This document shows, piece after piece, positions 63,191 through 64,000 of a stretch of 64,000 nucleotides of DNA; position 1 is the stretch's first letter; every line of letters starts with the position of its first letter. The notes under the pieces are model-generated. The model made no database searches. It had not been told where the DNA came from and worked only from the letters and a program-made list of their open reading frames with translations. The position numbers and the translations under genes were made by a program. This DNA comes from Acidimicrobiales bacterium (GTDB lineage Bacteria > Actinomycetota > Acidimicrobiia > Acidimicrobiales > SZUA-35), in assembly GCA_024638815.1 (NCBI GenBank), contig JAHEJM010000010.1, positions 939 to 64,938 of the forward strand, given 5' to 3'.

Positions 63191-63736
63191 CTACTTGGTG
63201 ATGGCGGTGATGAGCTCTTCCTTGCTCATGCCCGAGCGGCCGGCGATGTTGAGCTGCTGAGCTCGATCGTAGAGCTCGTCCTTGGTCCAGTTGTGGTAGT
63301 CGACGGCCTCGTCACCGATGTGCTTGATCTCCTCGGTGACCTCTTCGGTGGCGGTCTCGACCCGGGTGGCGATGCCCTTGACGCCGGTCTTGGTCGCTTC
63401 GGTGATGCGGGCGACGTCGGACTGTACGCCGGCCGATTCTCCCCTGACGGTGGTCACGACTCGCTTGCCCGACGACCGGACCTGTCGCACGATGGCGCCG
63501 GTGGCATCGGCCACCGATCCGGTTGCCTGCTTGGCCACGGCATAGGTGGTTCCGACCACTGCTCGCGGCAGGCGGAAGGCGGTGTCGGCCGGGGCGGGAA
63601 GGCGGTCTTCGAATTCGTCCAATCGGGCGGAAACCCGCCGCTCGATGGCGTCGAGATCGAAGGATTCGGGATCGAAGTTGAGATCGAGGCGATCGAACCT
63701 GTCGAGTTTGAATCGTTCGCGGGTTGTGCTTGCCAT
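63191..63736 (-). CDS. Rho_N (SAP-like) domain protein with LEA/apolipoprotein-like helical repeats
   Basis: The C-terminal WTKDELYDRAQQLNIAGRSGMSKEELITAI matches the Rho termination factor N-terminal motif. The middle region holds repetitive amphipathic helices (ATGSVADATGAIV..., TKTGVKGIATRVETATEEVTEE). Confidence 0.65.
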   Translation of the reverse strand: MASTTRERFKLDRFDRLDLNFDPESFDLDAIERRVSARLDEFEDRLPAPADTAFRLPRAVVGTTYAVAKQATGSVADATGAIVRQVRSSGKRVVTTVRGESAGVQSDVARITEATKTGVKGIATRVETATEEVTEEIKHIGDEAVDYHNWTKDELYDRAQQLNIAGRSGMSKEELITAITK

Positions 63737-64000
63737 GGTGCCTGTGCTCCTCGTGAGTGGCTGGATGGAAGGAAGCCGGGATGCGAACTGGCGGAGTGCT
63801 TGAACGGCGCCCGTTACGGGCCGGTTGTTTCTACCTTCGTTTGTATCTCTACCTTCATTTGTACCTCTTTTTCAGCCGTATTTGAACGGCGGAAACCCGG
63901 TTCCTGAGGTGAACCTGGGCACAATTCGCCCACCGTTCGCCGAGCCCGAGATCAGTCACACGGATCCGGTGGCTCCGCCAGGTCGAGGTCGAGGCTCAGG

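Noticed and set aside
61977-63260. 427-aa ORF antisense to the eRF1-like gene.
   Set aside because: The minus-strand frame has the eRF1-like GG-loop segment and sensible composition. The plus frame is Gly/Arg/His/Asp-biased.

Overview
This is a 64 kb, G+C-rich segment that looks like an actinobacterial chromosome, probably near the origin. All calls come from reading the ORF translations and the DNA by eye. I ran no database search, so family names rest on motif recognition.

**Conserved backbone**
- tRNA-Leu is followed by the cell-division and Ser/Thr signalling cluster fhaA-fhaB-pstP-rodA-pbpA-pknB (28.6-36.6 kb).
- Then come trpG, crgA and an Rv0010c-like membrane protein. This is the order known next to dnaA/gyrAB in mycobacteria.
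- The rest is mostly housekeeping and metabolic genes:
  - S9 prolyl oligopeptidase, tadA plus tRNA-Ser, an ATP-dependent DNA ligase, L-serine dehydratase and chorismate synthase.
  - Three AMP-dependent ligases, a ThDP (thiamine diphosphate) enzyme and a geranylgeranyl reductase.
  - VOC, DoxX, MFS and alpha/beta-hydrolase proteins.

**Accessory or decayed patches**
- A lower-G+C XRE/DUF397 module next to an ECF sigma factor (2.6-6.9 kb).
- A frameshifted DUF222/HNH remnant bounded by twin perfect palindromes (20.5-21.3 kb).
- A decayed stretch at 26.8-28.5 kb, beside the 24.4-26.6 kb metal-transporter-like operon:
  - a TetR pseudogene and a truncated DinB-like gene;
  - an RHH/MazF toxin-antitoxin cassette;
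  - a triplicated tRNA-Leu 3' flank.

**Strongest non-obvious signals**
1. A glutathione peroxidase has an in-frame TGA exactly at the catalytic Cys/Sec position, followed by a SECIS-like hairpin. It is a candidate selenoprotein that the ORF track truncates.
2. A structured element of about 92 nt occurs twice, upstream of an acyl-CoA ligase and of an acyltransferase.
3. DnaA-box-like sequences cluster in the convergent crgA/Rv0010c-like intergenic region.
4. Five 15-bp tandem repeats lie upstream of a VIT1-family metal transporter.
5. A translationally coupled operon pairs a secreted, membrane-anchored protein with a HupE/UreJ protein. Both predicted mature N-termini begin with His.
6. An eRF1/Vms1-like protein carries GGW-SQ in place of GGQ.

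I found no CRISPR array, rRNA gene, intact transposase or integrase. Many long antisense ORFs are G+C-composition artefacts.
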